A stretch of 64,000 nt of DNA from an uncultured Chthonomonadaceae bacterium (GTDB lineage: Bacteria > Armatimonadota > Chthonomonadetes > Chthonomonadales > Chthonomonadaceae), in assembly GCA_963817895.1 (NCBI GenBank), contig CAWFQB010000014.1, positions 416,001 through 480,000 on the forward strand, given 5' to 3'. Positions within the stretch are counted from its first letter, which is position 1, and every line of letters begins with the position of its first letter. Both the position numbers and the translations under genes were made by a program. Under the pieces are notes generated by a model, which did not search any database, was not told where the DNA came from, and saw nothing but the letters and a program-made list of their open reading frames with translations. Positions 40,310-50,845 of the stretch are shown here, piece by piece.

Positions 40310-40337
40310 TTCCATAGATAGGATCGTTTGCAATAGT

Positions 40338-40569
40338 CTATACGTCACAGGCTTTGTACGCCTGTTCCAGCGCGGCGACCGCATCGCGTTTGGGTGTGAA
40401 TTCCTGTCCCACATAACCGTCGTACTCCGTGGCGGCAATGGCGCGGCAGATGGCGGGATAGTAGAGTTCCTGGTTCTCGTCGAGTTCGTTGCAGCCCGGA
40501 TTGCCTGCCGTGTGGAAATGCCCGATGTAGTCTATGTTGTCGCGCAGGGTGCGGATCACATCGCCCTCC
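40338..40569 (-). pseudogene. Displaced 3' end of the hydroxypyruvate isomerase-like gene (copy 1)
   Basis: EGDVIRTLRDNIDYIGHFHTAGNPG...AYKACDV*, nearly identical in protein sequence to the C-terminus of 50846-51604. Confidence 0.9.
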
Positions 40570-40866
40570 CCTTTTTACATGCCTACAATGCTCTTGCGGA
40601 CAACAAACCGTGGCGCAACACCCTAAAGCTTAGTGATTCGGTTCTTGAACTCAAGGATTAAGGCTTTCTTTGCCGGCAAGGCGCATGCCGACAAGATGCG
40701 AGGCTCCTCTTGACGTAAGATCATCCATGTCCGACTCCCAGCACTTGCGGTCTGCCGTACAAACCTTGACTATTTGATGTCAGGTAGGTTTCTGCTTGGG
40801 GTAGAATTTCAGATACGAGATGACAAGGCTGGCCTCCCTTAGTTCCAGTTCAGTCTCCTGATTGCT

Positions 40867-42259
40867 TCAACGCGCCACCAGTTCTGGCAACTGTTTCTCG
40901 GCGATTCCGATCTGCCGATCCAGCGGAATGCCCGCACATGTCAGCAGCGTGCCAAGCAGATCGCCCTGGTTACCTTTGACATCGGGGAGATAACATCCGG
41001 TCTTGAGCGATCCGCCGCCTTTACCGGCGATGATAAACGGCAGGTTCTCCCTGGTATGTTTGTTTCCGTCTTCCAGGCCTGATCCCCACATCAAGATGCA
41101 ATTGTCGAGTAGTGTGCCGCTGCCTTCCTTCAAGCCGGCCATCTTCTTCACCATGTAGGCAAATTGAGCCACGTTGAAAGCGTTGATCTTGGTGACCTTG
41201 TCGAGCATCACGGGATTGTTGTTGTGGTGCGTCTGGGAGTGATGCTCGTCACTGAAGCCAAGCTCCGGGTACGACACGCCGTTTGGTGTCGACCCGATGT
41301 AAGTACTCACACGGGTGAGATCGCACTGGAACGCCAGCACGTTGAGGTCGCACATTACCTCCATGTACTCGCTCCGTTTGTCGCCCGTGGGGATTTTGAC
41401 CTCAATCGGCACCGAACGGGCGGCGACCGTGTTGGAGGGGGCGACGTTGGCCTTTGCCAGAGAACTCTCTTTCTGCCGCGCCTGGATTGCCGCGATTCGT
41501 CGTTCCACAGCGCGCACACTGTCGAGATACTCGTCCAGCTTCTGCTGGTCGTCACGGCTCAGTTTTCCGCGTAGTTCCTTTGCACCGCCCAAAACCAGGT
41601 CGAGCATCGAACGGTCCAGTGGGTCATAAGAGGTCTTACTCGCGGGACCGAAGCCTGTCTCACGGCATTGGAACAATCGCTTGAGAACGCTGGCGGGATC
41701 TATCTCGGCCGGCATCGGCTGGCGAGGCCCGCGGAAACTGCAGTGCGAGTAATACGCTTCGTGCAGCCCTTCCTGGTGCTCCATGTGTGTTTGAGGCATC
41801 GTCGCCAGTTCCAGCGACGGCATGAGGAGTGAACGCGCCGACATAGTTCGCGGCGATCTGGTCGGCAGAGGTGGCGATGTTCACGACTGCCCTGCTTTTG
41901 CGAATCCGGCAAGGTTGCCGTCAGCCAGGTGGAGAGTTCCAGAGCGTGGGGCGCGCCGTTGAACGGCGCGATGGGCACGCCGCTGATCCCCTTCACCAGT
42001 AGGCACTGATCGAGTACGCCACGCAGCGGCTCCAGGATCGGTGGTGGCGACTTCAAGAACCCGGCGGAATCCGTTGGCCAGAATCGCTCGGGGATCACAC
42101 CGTGCGGCATGTACATGAAACCAAGCCGTACCGGTGGTTTCGACGCGGCGGGCGACTTCCGACCATCCGCCCAGCCCATCGTTTCCAGCAGAGGCAACGA
42201 AAGCGATACACCAAGCCACTCAGACAGGTTCGGCGACTGATAAGAACGTTACTTCGCAT
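40867..42259 (-). CDS. DUF1552 (HxxSHH) Tat-exported protein, frameshifted near 41850-41890
   Basis: [49 protein letters not shown]. Confidence 0.85.
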
Positions 42260-44198
42260 TTTGGGTCTCTCCTGTATTGGTCACGCGACGATGGGTAAAG
42301 GGATCACTGGTCACCACGCTAAGTACGAGCGTCTGCATCCGATAGTCATCTTTCTTGATCGAGTCTGTCATTTCATCTACTACGATCTCATCATACCCTT
42401 CCAGCTGCCGACCAAGTGCATACGCCAGCAGTTTGCCGGTGAGATTTCGGCAGAAATCATCCTTTCGGTCGGCTATGATCCGCTTGAGTTCCGCAGGGGT
42501 GGTGAAATGGAGTCCTCCCGGCAGTTCGCCGGAGGCATCGATCTTACCGGCGGAATCATCTACAGTTCGCCAGCGACCGATCGCATCGAAATTCTCCAAC
42601 CCGAAACCGATCGGGTCGAGCACCTTGTGGCAGCTCGCGCAAACGGCGTTCGAACGATGTAGCTCCGTGCGCTGTCGCAGCGTCATGTTCGCTATTACCA
42701 GTTTGTCCTGCTTCTCCAGCGTAGGCACATTGGGTGGGGGCGGAGGCACATGTTCGCCAAGTACCTGCTCCAGCACCCAGACGCCACGATTCACAGGGCT
42801 GGTGCGGTTTGGAAATGAGCTATTTGCGAGAATACCAGGCATTGTAAGGATGCCGCCGCGGTTGGAATTCGTCAGAGTTACACGTCGCATCTGCTCGCCG
42901 CGAACGGTCCCCTCCATCCCATAGATAGTCGCCAAGCTCTCGTTGAGGTAGGTGGAGTTGCTATCGATTAAGGTTGTCAATTTGAGGTTATTACGAAGGA
43001 CCTCTTGAAAAAACAGGCGGGCCTCGTCGTACATTGCCAATCGCATTTTCCCCGTCATCTGAGGAAACTTCTCGGTGTCGAACATCTTGCCCTCAAGCTT
43101 GTCCACGCCGAGCCACTGTGCCCCAAATCCATCGAACAGCGCCCGCGACCGCGGATCTTTTAAGAGCCGTCGGGCTTGGGCTGCGAGTACCTCGGTGTTC
43201 TGTAGTTTCCCAGAGTCTGCCAGTGCGGACAACTCGCCGTCGGGCATCGTCGCCCACAGCAGATACGAAAGGCGTGACGCCAGTTGATAATCGTCCAGAG
43301 GGACCATCTCCTGTGACACCGTCGTATTGCCGCTGCTATTCGCTTTGACGGGCGTGATAAACAAGAACTGCGGTGACACCAGGGTCGCCTTGACCATCAA
43401 TCGCAGCGCTTCGGGATAGGGTTTGCCGTTCTGTCTCGCCAACGAGAAAACTCGCATCAGGACATCCACTTCCGCATCCGAAGCGGGCCGACGAAACGCG
43501 AGACGAGCCAGTGATCGGGCAACTTTCCGCGCTGCCGCCGTGGGATCCACTCCTTTATCCGGCAACTCGCCGAGCAACCTCCGCTGCACTGCTGTCGGCT
43601 TTGATCCGGGGGGTGAAAATGACTTGTCCAGAACATTATTCGCTATTGAAAGGTATTTCTCGATCAGTAGTGGCGAGAGTGTGTTGGTGTATCCCGCGCC
43701 GACTACCTCATCTGGCAGCTCTCGTGCAATCGCAGGATCGACACCGAATATATCATGAAGGGTGTTGCCATATTCCCGCTTGTTCAATCGTCGAATGACA
43801 AACAAGCCAGGATCCTTCGGCACACGTTTCTTCATTCCTGCTACCCATTCGATGACCGCCCTGCGTTCCTTTTCGCTCGGTTGCCTACTCTCATTCGCCG
43901 GTGGCATGTCATGAGCCGCGATCTGGGTCGACGCTCGCTTCCACAGCATCTGGAACGCCAGCCCGTTCGGATTCTTTTGTAAATCTTGGAATGTCACACC
44001 TCCGCTCCGCCTGTTGTCTGTATGGCAACGCAGGCAGTAGGTCTCCATGAACGGTGAGACCTCGTTCTTAAAGGTTTTGGCCGCTTCGGTGCGTGCCCGG
44101 ATTAAAGCCGCGGCATCATTCTTCGATGAGTCGTCCGCGCACAGCGCTGTCGGCAGCGCCAGCAGCAAGGCGGTGAGGAGTGTTATGGTGTGTTTCAC
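42249..44198 (-). CDS. DUF1592/DUF1588-family planctomycete-type cytochrome c protein
   Basis: CLRCH, RRLNKREY.NT, LASRLSYLLW, RTSPVNRGVWV, CASCH..DPIGFGLENFD. Confidence 0.88.
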   Translation of the reverse strand: MKHTITLLTALLLALPTALCADDSSKNDAAALIRARTEAAKTFKNEVSPFMETYCLRCHTDNRRSGGVTFQDLQKNPNGLAFQMLWKRASTQIAAHDMPPANESRQPSEKERRAVIEWVAGMKKRVPKDPGLFVIRRLNKREYGNTLHDIFGVDPAIARELPDEVVGAGYTNTLSPLLIEKYLSIANNVLDKSFSPPGSKPTAVQRRLLGELPDKGVDPTAAARKVARSLARLAFRRPASDAEVDVLMRVFSLARQNGKPYPEALRLMVKATLVSPQFLFITPVKANSSGNTTVSQEMVPLDDYQLASRLSYLLWATMPDGELSALADSGKLQNTEVLAAQARRLLKDPRSRALFDGFGAQWLGVDKLEGKMFDTEKFPQMTGKMRLAMYDEARLFFQEVLRNNLKLTTLIDSNSTYLNESLATIYGMEGTVRGEQMRRVTLTNSNRGGILTMPGILANSSFPNRTSPVNRGVWVLEQVLGEHVPPPPPNVPTLEKQDKLVIANMTLRQRTELHRSNAVCASCHKVLDPIGFGLENFDAIGRWRTVDDSAGKIDASGELPGGLHFTTPAELKRIIADRKDDFCRNLTGKLLAYALGRQLEGYDEIVVDEMTDSIKKDDYRMQTLVLSVVTSDPFTHRRVTNTGETQNAK

Positions 44199-44389
44199 AT
44201 TCAGTTCCTTCAGTTGAGTGTTTGCAGACCAAGGTTTTACGCCTCTTCCCAAGGCGCCCTGAGCTTCGGTTTCGCGGTGAGGAACTCGAGGCAGCGGCGC
44301 AGCTTGCCTTCCTTTAACCTGCACGAAATCAGCGTCCCTACCACCGGAACGCTGATTTCATTTCCATAGATAGGATCGTTTGCAATAAT

Positions 44390-44620
44390 CTATACGTCAC
44401 AGGCCTTGTACGCCTGCTCCAGTGCGGCGACGGGATCACCCTTCGGCGTGAATTCCTGCCCGATGTAGCCGTCGTAGCCGGTTGCGGCGATGGCGCAGCA
44501 GATGGCAGGGTAGTAGAGTTCCTGGTTCTCGTCGAGTTCGTTGCGGCCCGGATTGCTGGCCATGTGGAAGTATCCGGGTGTTCGGTGTTGTTATGCAATG
44601 TTCTGATTACGTCGCCGTCC
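44390..44620 (-). pseudogene. Displaced 3' end of the hydroxypyruvate isomerase-like gene (copy 2, more decayed)
   Basis: [10 protein letters not shown]...[18 protein letters not shown]...[23 protein letters not shown]; 1-nt deletion near 44580. Confidence 0.88.
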
Positions 44621-44665
44621 CTTTTTTACATGCATACCAGGCAAGGACATGACTTATTAGATGAA

Positions 44666-47600
44666 TCAGCCAAAATAAAGGAGATCAGGCAATTTCTCCG
44701 TTAGGTTAATGAACCATTGCTCACCACGTACAGCGGTGAAATCAGAATCATTTTCTACATGCTTCTTCCCCATGTGCGGCAAACTAGGCAGCGCGAGATG
44801 CAACTCACTTCGGCATTGCTCTGCCTCACCCTTGCGGGCGTAGCAGCAGGCAAGATCATAGTGTGCGCCTGCAATTACCTGAGCGTCATACCAGGGCATT
44901 GTCAAGCACGTTTGCAGAACCTCTTGTGCCCGTTCGAGGTGGTTTAGCTGAAGTAGAATTTCGCCCCGTGTAGCATTCAAACGAACATTGCGTGGCATAC
45001 AGGCAATCTGTGCGTCGATTTCTTTGAGAGCCGATGTAAGTAGTTCCTCCTTACCCGGTTCCTGTATGTGTTGATGCCAACCATTCATTACGTTCTTGCA
45101 TGATCCGCTCGACAGCAGCTTCTGAACGGCTGCCTGTTCTCGCATCCAGCCCGAAACATACTCCGCTTGATTTGAGCGCAGACTCGCAATTGAAAGCGCA
45201 GGCGGGAAGTACCATGTTTCGGCAGCAACGCCATGTCCATTAACAATACTGCCGTTTTCCAGCCAATGATGCCGATCATGCACCCAGCCAATGCCACTGC
45301 ATATCCATTTTTCACAATCGGCGGCAGTGAAAGAAGGAGTATGCTGGAAAGCCCGGACGATATCTATTGCCACGCGATGCGATTGGCTGAGTAGATCGCT
45401 CTCAAACTCCAATGTGGGAACCTCAACCTTATCCGTGTCGCAGAAGGCGCTTAGGGTTGTGTATACGCCCTGATACTCATGCTTCAAGCGTGAAGCAGGC
45501 AGCCCGCGTATAGCTGTCAGCGCTTGATCACACACGCAGCGGCAATCTCGCAAGGACAATGCAACCGGTGAGAACATGGCGCGCAAGGTATGGCTGAGTA
45601 GAACCGCGCGCCAGTCCGTAGCGTCACATGCCCATTCCCATAATATAGGCACAGCATTCTCTTTGTTGACATGCGCGTGGAGCGTTTCCAGAATGGTTTC
45701 GGGCGCGCGGCGGATGTCCGCTTCCAGACTGCTTAACCTGGCCTCCGTCCCCAAGCTTCGGTTAGCCAGTAGTTCCGCGTAAGCAGGCGGAAGCAAGGCA
45801 GCCTCGCGCAGCGCATACAAGAACAGATCACGGTCACGAGAGATATTTCCCTCAACATTGATATGCTTCGCACAAACGTCACCAGCCTGTTCGATGATCT
45901 CCGGCGTGATACGCCTGGTGTGTACAAGCGCAGTGCAGAAACGCAACAAAGGCCAATCCGGGGGCAGTGCGGCTACAATAGCTGCGGGATTGTCCACGTA
46001 AGGCGCGCAAGCGCACAGCCAATCTGTCGCCAAGTTCGTTACCCTAAACTGCCATTCGGATGGACTTCCATCAGCAGGATGAATGTTGTATTCTGCGTCT
46101 TCTCTAGCTGTCTGGCATAACAATCTGTACCAATCTGTAAATAGTGAATGGGTGGCTATTTGACTCGCGAAGCGTCCACAAGTTTCCAGTGTCTGCACAT
46201 ACAGGAAATTATGGTTTGTTTCCAATGCGAGATGGTGAAAAATCATCGGTGCCTCGGCTGCCGCAGCGGACATGCCTCCGATGTCCAAAGCGATCCGCGC
46301 AAGAACCGCAACAGACGCACTGTAGGCAGCAAAAGCCCTGTTCTTATTTTGAATGTCCTCGTATAATGGCCCAGATAACTCTTCCAGCACACTTCTCGCA
46401 TGAGCATCATGGGGAACTTGGCTGGCGTACTGCCACCATGTGAAAGCTAACAACTCATTGAGCAAGGTTCGCGCGGAGCCGAAAGCTGTGTCAAGCCTGC
46501 CGGGGAGCATATTACCAACAAGGGCTGGACGGATACAAGCAATGTGTGCCAACAGTGTCAACGCAATGCCACACGCCCTTGTGTGCAGCATATTGCCCTT
46601 CTGTATAGCCTCAATTACAGATTCGGGATCACTTTCTGTGTAAAAGTACAGTAATCGAGACACGTCACCAACAACAGCTTGCTCCGTACCTGCCTGATGA
46701 AAGACAACTTCCTTGATATGCTCGGGGCGTCCCTCGGCGACGGGCAACAAGGCACGTGCAGCGGCTTGACGTGTCCAGAGGTTCTCATCACCAAGTTCCT
46801 GTACCAACACGGGAATGTCTGCTCCATTTCCAAACAGCGCCACGCGCCCCCGGATTGCATCAATCTCATAGCCCAAGGTTTCACGCACGTCCATGCGTTC
46901 GGGTTTGCGTGGCGACACGTAACGGCTTTGAAACCAGGCAAGAATCCAGTGTGCAGTTGCAGCAGCCTCAGCATGGCTGACAGCTTGCAAAGGCTGAAGT
47001 GCGCCACTCAGGTAACGTGCTTGCTCTCTGTTTTCGGAACTCATCATGAAGCCAGAGGGTCGCTGTAGATCGCGCCTCAGTCGCAGCAGCATTCGTCGCT
47101 TGACCCAAGAAGGAGCAATCTCCAGAGCAGCGCTCAAGGCAAATTGGCCTTTTAGAGCCTGCGTTTCTTTCTCGTCCGCATACAGTGTTCCAATCCAAGC
47201 GCGGGCGTAACTGGAATGTCCCGCCATAGCCCCCAAAGCGCGCATGGCGTTCCATGTGGAATAAGTTTCGTCACGATTAGACCAGGCGGTTAGCATAGCT
47301 GGAATACGCCAGTCGTCTCCCTGACGCTGCGCCAACCCCTGCGCCAGAGCGCTTAACCAACGAGAATCGCACTCCAGAACATGTCCAGCCCATTTCACTG
47401 CATCCGGTTCCACTGTTTCGATAGCCTGACGCACCAGTGCTGTCATTATGCCGTCGTCCAGCCCTGGCTCCATTTCAGCAAGCACATCTTCGTTCTGCGA
47501 CATGCGACCGGCCAGCCAAAGTGCCGTCAGTCGGTCGCCGAATTGTGGATTGGCATACACAACAGCACCCACCGGAGCCTTAATGTCTGCTGTGCGCGTG

Positions 47601-49786
47601 AGGATATCCTCAGATTGCAGGGCGGGCAGGACTTTCCGCCCAAATCCGGCAAGAACACCATCTATGGATTGAACAAGCTCTCCAGAGGGCTTTCCTACTC
47701 GACGGGCATGCCACATTTCAGCCGCCAGCAGCTTACTGAGATCATCAATTTCGTCTGGTTCACAGGCGGAGCGACGTGCAACTTCGTTGAAACGATATTG
47801 AGCTTCCTCATCTAACAGCACATCAACATCGACAGCTACTGGTGTTTTGACGTTGCCGCCGGAGAGATACTGGCGGATGTAAATCTTCAACAAATATGGA
47901 TTACGCAATGCTGCAAACGCGGAGTGTCGTAGTGCAAGGGCGATTTTGTCTACATCGGAAGAAGCGGGAAGCCGACATACAAGCATAGCTTGCATTTCAC
48001 TATCGGATAATCGGGTAAGTTCGTAAGAGTATAACCGAGACTTGTCCAGCTTGTTTGTCTTATCTGTATTGTCCGGCTTGTCTGTGTTATCTGTCTGTTC
48101 CGGCGTGATTACATGCCGGAACAGGTAAGGCGCAAGGCGCTTGCCCTGCGACAGTCGTTGCCAAACGCCGGATCGGACGGACAGCGCCAGCTTTATGCCT
48201 CGATGTTGCGCTTCTTGACACAGAACTTCTAGTTTATCTTCAAAGGCAGCGGGATCGCTTGAAAGTAGAACCTCATCGGCAATAAGAACAAACGTCTCAT
48301 GTAATGTATCCGACGCTATACCCTTTAGCTGCTGGAATAATTCCTCTGCCGTCGCGTCCGGACGTGTCACGCCGGATAGTGATTCACGGATTAGATCAAC
48401 CAAGGAGCGGCATTGTTCAAGTTGAGTTCCGCGTATCAGCAAGCGTACACTGTTATTGAGTCTCTCTGCGGCTTCGGCATAACATTCCCACGACTTGCCA
48501 CAGCCGCTATTGCCAATAAGGACAAACAGAGGGCGGTCACTTTTTCGGAATTCCTCAAAAGTGGCGGCAAGATCAGACCGAGAAACATACAATTCAGCCC
48601 GCCAGTCACTCGGCAGTGAGCGTTCCACCTGTTGCTGACATGCCTGAAGAGCATCATCGAGAGGAGGTTTGCGCACCATTGACGTTCCTGAATCCGAGAT
48701 GGCATTCGCTTCTTCGTTGCAGGGCAGCTCCGAAGGAGTGAAAACCTGTGTTACGGCCTCTCTTTTCACAGGCTGAATCAATTCAGGGAAAAAGTTAGGG
48801 TTTTCCAAGCAAAATCGCAACAGACTTACGGATGCGGCAGCAGCTTTTTTCTGCCAACCGTCACCTTTGCCTACACCCCAGTCGCAGATGCCTTTGGCGA
48901 ATAGAAACCATGCCTGCCCCTCTCGCTCCTTGTTGGAGTAGGAGAGCACGCTGGTTCCTAATCCATGCCCTTCCATATCCAGCCCGATAGCGTCCTTGTA
49001 TTCCGCACGGAGTTCCTCGCGTCGGTTGAAGTGATTAAGAAGTTCGTCCCCCGAAATGACCAGTCCACTATGAACACGGCAGCGGCGAGAACCGTAGTCC
49101 GCCTCGGGTGCTGTCTGCTGCCACTCTTTCGCATGTTCAAGTAAAAGATTAAGACGGTCACGGTTGGCAGCAAACCGCCCGCCTCGATTCTCAGTGCGGT
49201 CTACTTTGGTTGCCCGAAAATTATGTTGCCACAGACTGGAAGCAACCAAGATGTCACCTATTTGCTGGGTGGAGGCTGAATCATCCGTCTCAGGAGTCAT
49301 ATACTTCGGCAAGACTATCGTCTTATTTTTGGTTTTCAAGGTTGCACGAAGCAACTCCGCAATATGTAATGGCAGTTCGCTCTGGTTGCTCGGGCTGAAG
49401 TACTTTTCTAATTCTTCGCAGGCAATGGTGGTTTTATCAGAGGCGCTTCTTTTAAGGCCACACGCGATGCCAGGCATAAGTACATAAAAGGATTGTGAAC
49501 CACCAGTCCCTCGCAGTTCTGCGAGTGCAGCAGTGATCTCTGTCGCTGCATTCATACCAGCCTGTCCGCACATCAAATGAGCCGCCAGGTACTTGCCGAA
49601 GTAACCGAAGCGGTACTGCTGGTAAAGTGGAATTATCTCCTCTACGAATGGTTCAGCGTCAAGTACCACGTTGACGGCATCTGCCTCTACCTGCATGGCC
49701 GTTACAATTAGAACGTTGACCCTCTGCCTCAGTTCGTCAAACTCTTTTTTGCTGATTGATCGAGTCATTGTGCTTGTCCCTGACAA
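44666..49786 (-). CDS. Nucleoside phosphorylase (PNP/MTA-SAH nucleosidase) effector + STAND NTPase + helical/TPR sensor; Avs-like putative antiphage protein
   Basis: VLIVTAMQVE, MPGIACG, IGDILVA, SGDELL, LDMEGHG, KGICDW; Walker A GNSGCGKS, Walker B FVLIADE; C-terminal HYDLACCYA...DSDF..VR TPR end. Confidence 0.8.
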   Translation of the reverse strand: MSGTSTMTRSISKKEFDELRQRVNVLIVTAMQVEADAVNVVLDAEPFVEEIIPLYQQYRFGYFGKYLAAHLMCGQAGMNAATEITAALAELRGTGGSQSFYVLMPGIACGLKRSASDKTTIACEELEKYFSPSNQSELPLHIAELLRATLKTKNKTIVLPKYMTPETDDSASTQQIGDILVASSLWQHNFRATKVDRTENRGGRFAANRDRLNLLLEHAKEWQQTAPEADYGSRRCRVHSGLVISGDELLNHFNRREELRAEYKDAIGLDMEGHGLGTSVLSYSNKEREGQAWFLFAKGICDWGVGKGDGWQKKAAAASVSLLRFCLENPNFFPELIQPVKREAVTQVFTPSELPCNEEANAISDSGTSMVRKPPLDDALQACQQQVERSLPSDWRAELYVSRSDLAATFEEFRKSDRPLFVLIGNSGCGKSWECYAEAAERLNNSVRLLIRGTQLEQCRSLVDLIRESLSGVTRPDATAEELFQQLKGIASDTLHETFVLIADEVLLSSDPAAFEDKLEVLCQEAQHRGIKLALSVRSGVWQRLSQGKRLAPYLFRHVITPEQTDNTDKPDNTDKTNKLDKSRLYSYELTRLSDSEMQAMLVCRLPASSDVDKIALALRHSAFAALRNPYLLKIYIRQYLSGGNVKTPVAVDVDVLLDEEAQYRFNEVARRSACEPDEIDDLSKLLAAEMWHARRVGKPSGELVQSIDGVLAGFGRKVLPALQSEDILTRTADIKAPVGAVVYANPQFGDRLTALWLAGRMSQNEDVLAEMEPGLDDGIMTALVRQAIETVEPDAVKWAGHVLECDSRWLSALAQGLAQRQGDDWRIPAMLTAWSNRDETYSTWNAMRALGAMAGHSSYARAWIGTLYADEKETQALKGQFALSAALEIAPSWVKRRMLLRLRRDLQRPSGFMMSSENREQARYLSGALQPLQAVSHAEAAATAHWILAWFQSRYVSPRKPERMDVRETLGYEIDAIRGRVALFGNGADIPVLVQELGDENLWTRQAAARALLPVAEGRPEHIKEVVFHQAGTEQAVVGDVSRLLYFYTESDPESVIEAIQKGNMLHTRACGIALTLLAHIACIRPALVGNMLPGRLDTAFGSARTLLNELLAFTWWQYASQVPHDAHARSVLEELSGPLYEDIQNKNRAFAAYSASVAVLARIALDIGGMSAAAAEAPMIFHHLALETNHNFLYVQTLETCGRFASQIATHSLFTDWYRLLCQTAREDAEYNIHPADGSPSEWQFRVTNLATDWLCACAPYVDNPAAIVAALPPDWPLLRFCTALVHTRRITPEIIEQAGDVCAKHINVEGNISRDRDLFLYALREAALLPPAYAELLANRSLGTEARLSSLEADIRRAPETILETLHAHVNKENAVPILWEWACDATDWRAVLLSHTLRAMFSPVALSLRDCRCVCDQALTAIRGLPASRLKHEYQGVYTTLSAFCDTDKVEVPTLEFESDLLSQSHRVAIDIVRAFQHTPSFTAADCEKWICSGIGWVHDRHHWLENGSIVNGHGVAAETWYFPPALSIASLRSNQAEYVSGWMREQAAVQKLLSSGSCKNVMNGWHQHIQEPGKEELLTSALKEIDAQIACMPRNVRLNATRGEILLQLNHLERAQEVLQTCLTMPWYDAQVIAGAHYDLACCYARKGEAEQCRSELHLALPSLPHMGKKHVENDSDFTAVRGEQWFINLTEKLPDLLYFG

Positions 49787-49862
49787 TTATGTTCGTACCA
49801 CATAGCCTATGGGCGAGTGAATGAAATATTAATCCGCATCTTGTTTGCGTATAAACCTGCAA

Positions 49863-50501
49863 TCAGTCCTTCGATTTTGCAATGTCCCGTAACAGTTTTA
49901 TGCGCGTATCCATCCGTTCTCGAAGGTCGTCGAACGTCATACAGCTCACTTTGTTCGCGTTGATGGAAACCTTCTGCGTACGCCAATGAAGCCGTTCTCG
50001 CATTGTATTGTCAAGGTATTTACTTCGCCCAATGAGCAGCAATCCTGAAAAACTGTGCAGTTCGCCGCCAAAGCGCTTGCGGAAATCAATGTTGCCCCGG
50101 TACATATCAAGCGCCCAAAACCAGTCTATTAATTGTGAGTAGCCGTGTTCAAAGCGGCGTCCCCACTCATCATGGTATTTGTCCCCACTGCCGAAAACGC
50201 TATAACGACGCGCATCTTCTATTTCCACCAGTACGAATTCGCCACTCTGCGAATGCCCCGCCGCCCAATCGCAGCGGAAGTTGCCGAAGAGATCAAGTTC
50301 AAACCCGAACAAATCTATCTCCTCGATACGCAGGTTCCAGGAGGCGGCAAATGTGGCAAGATGAGGCCGTGACCCAAAGAAAGGCAACAGGTCGTTCTTT
50401 TCCGAAAGTTCATCCTTGCTGTCCAGAAGCGCGCCGAATTCTGCAAGTTCCTGCTCGCACTGGTCAAGCGAAAACTGAAACTTCGAGAGTTCCTTGCTCA
50501 T
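49863..50501 (-). CDS. Shedu (SduA/DUF4263) nuclease-domain protein
   Basis: FRCDW, FVLVEIED, GYSQLIDW, LLIGR, MTFDDL. Confidence 0.75.
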   Translation of the reverse strand: MSKELSKFQFSLDQCEQELAEFGALLDSKDELSEKNDLLPFFGSRPHLATFAASWNLRIEEIDLFGFELDLFGNFRCDWAAGHSQSGEFVLVEIEDARRYSVFGSGDKYHDEWGRRFEHGYSQLIDWFWALDMYRGNIDFRKRFGGELHSFSGLLLIGRSKYLDNTMRERLHWRTQKVSINANKVSCMTFDDLRERMDTRIKLLRDIAKSKD

Positions 50502-50770
50502 CCATATCTCTCAGCGAAGCGCCTGTTGAGTATGTCCAGGACAGTGATACTGTCTTGACCAACAGTAAACGCTACCAGCAAATCATTTCCAGTCCGAAGC
50601 ACATATGTGGGGTTCTCCTCCGTTATGTCCTTAAGTCGGGCAATGTTGGGGTCCGACAACCCACATTCGGCCAGCATGTGAATGCGGGTGAGTACGCGAT
50701 TGCGCTCTTCTGAATCCAGAGAACTGAGCGCATCTTCAGCTTGTGGATAATAGTGTATGGAATATGACAT
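50498..50770 (-). CDS. RelE/ParE-fold small protein
   Basis: YSIHYYPQAEDALSSL...YVLRTG.DL.VAF...ITVLDIL.R; ATGA overlap with the Shedu gene. Confidence 0.6.
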   Translation of the reverse strand: MSYSIHYYPQAEDALSSLDSEERNRVLTRIHMLAECGLSDPNIARLKDITEENPTYVLRTGNDLLVAFTVGQDSITVLDILNRRFAERYG

Positions 50771-50845
50771 TGTTTTACTTTCCAAGAACGTTCCCTGCCC
50801 TCGATTCATTATACCATTTCGGGCAGAGAGGTTTGTTCACATCCT

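Noticed and set aside
40582..50845. An integrase or transposase for the hyi cassettes
   Set aside because: No ORF with tyrosine recombinase (R-H-R-Y), serine recombinase or DDE motifs was seen here or elsewhere in the window.
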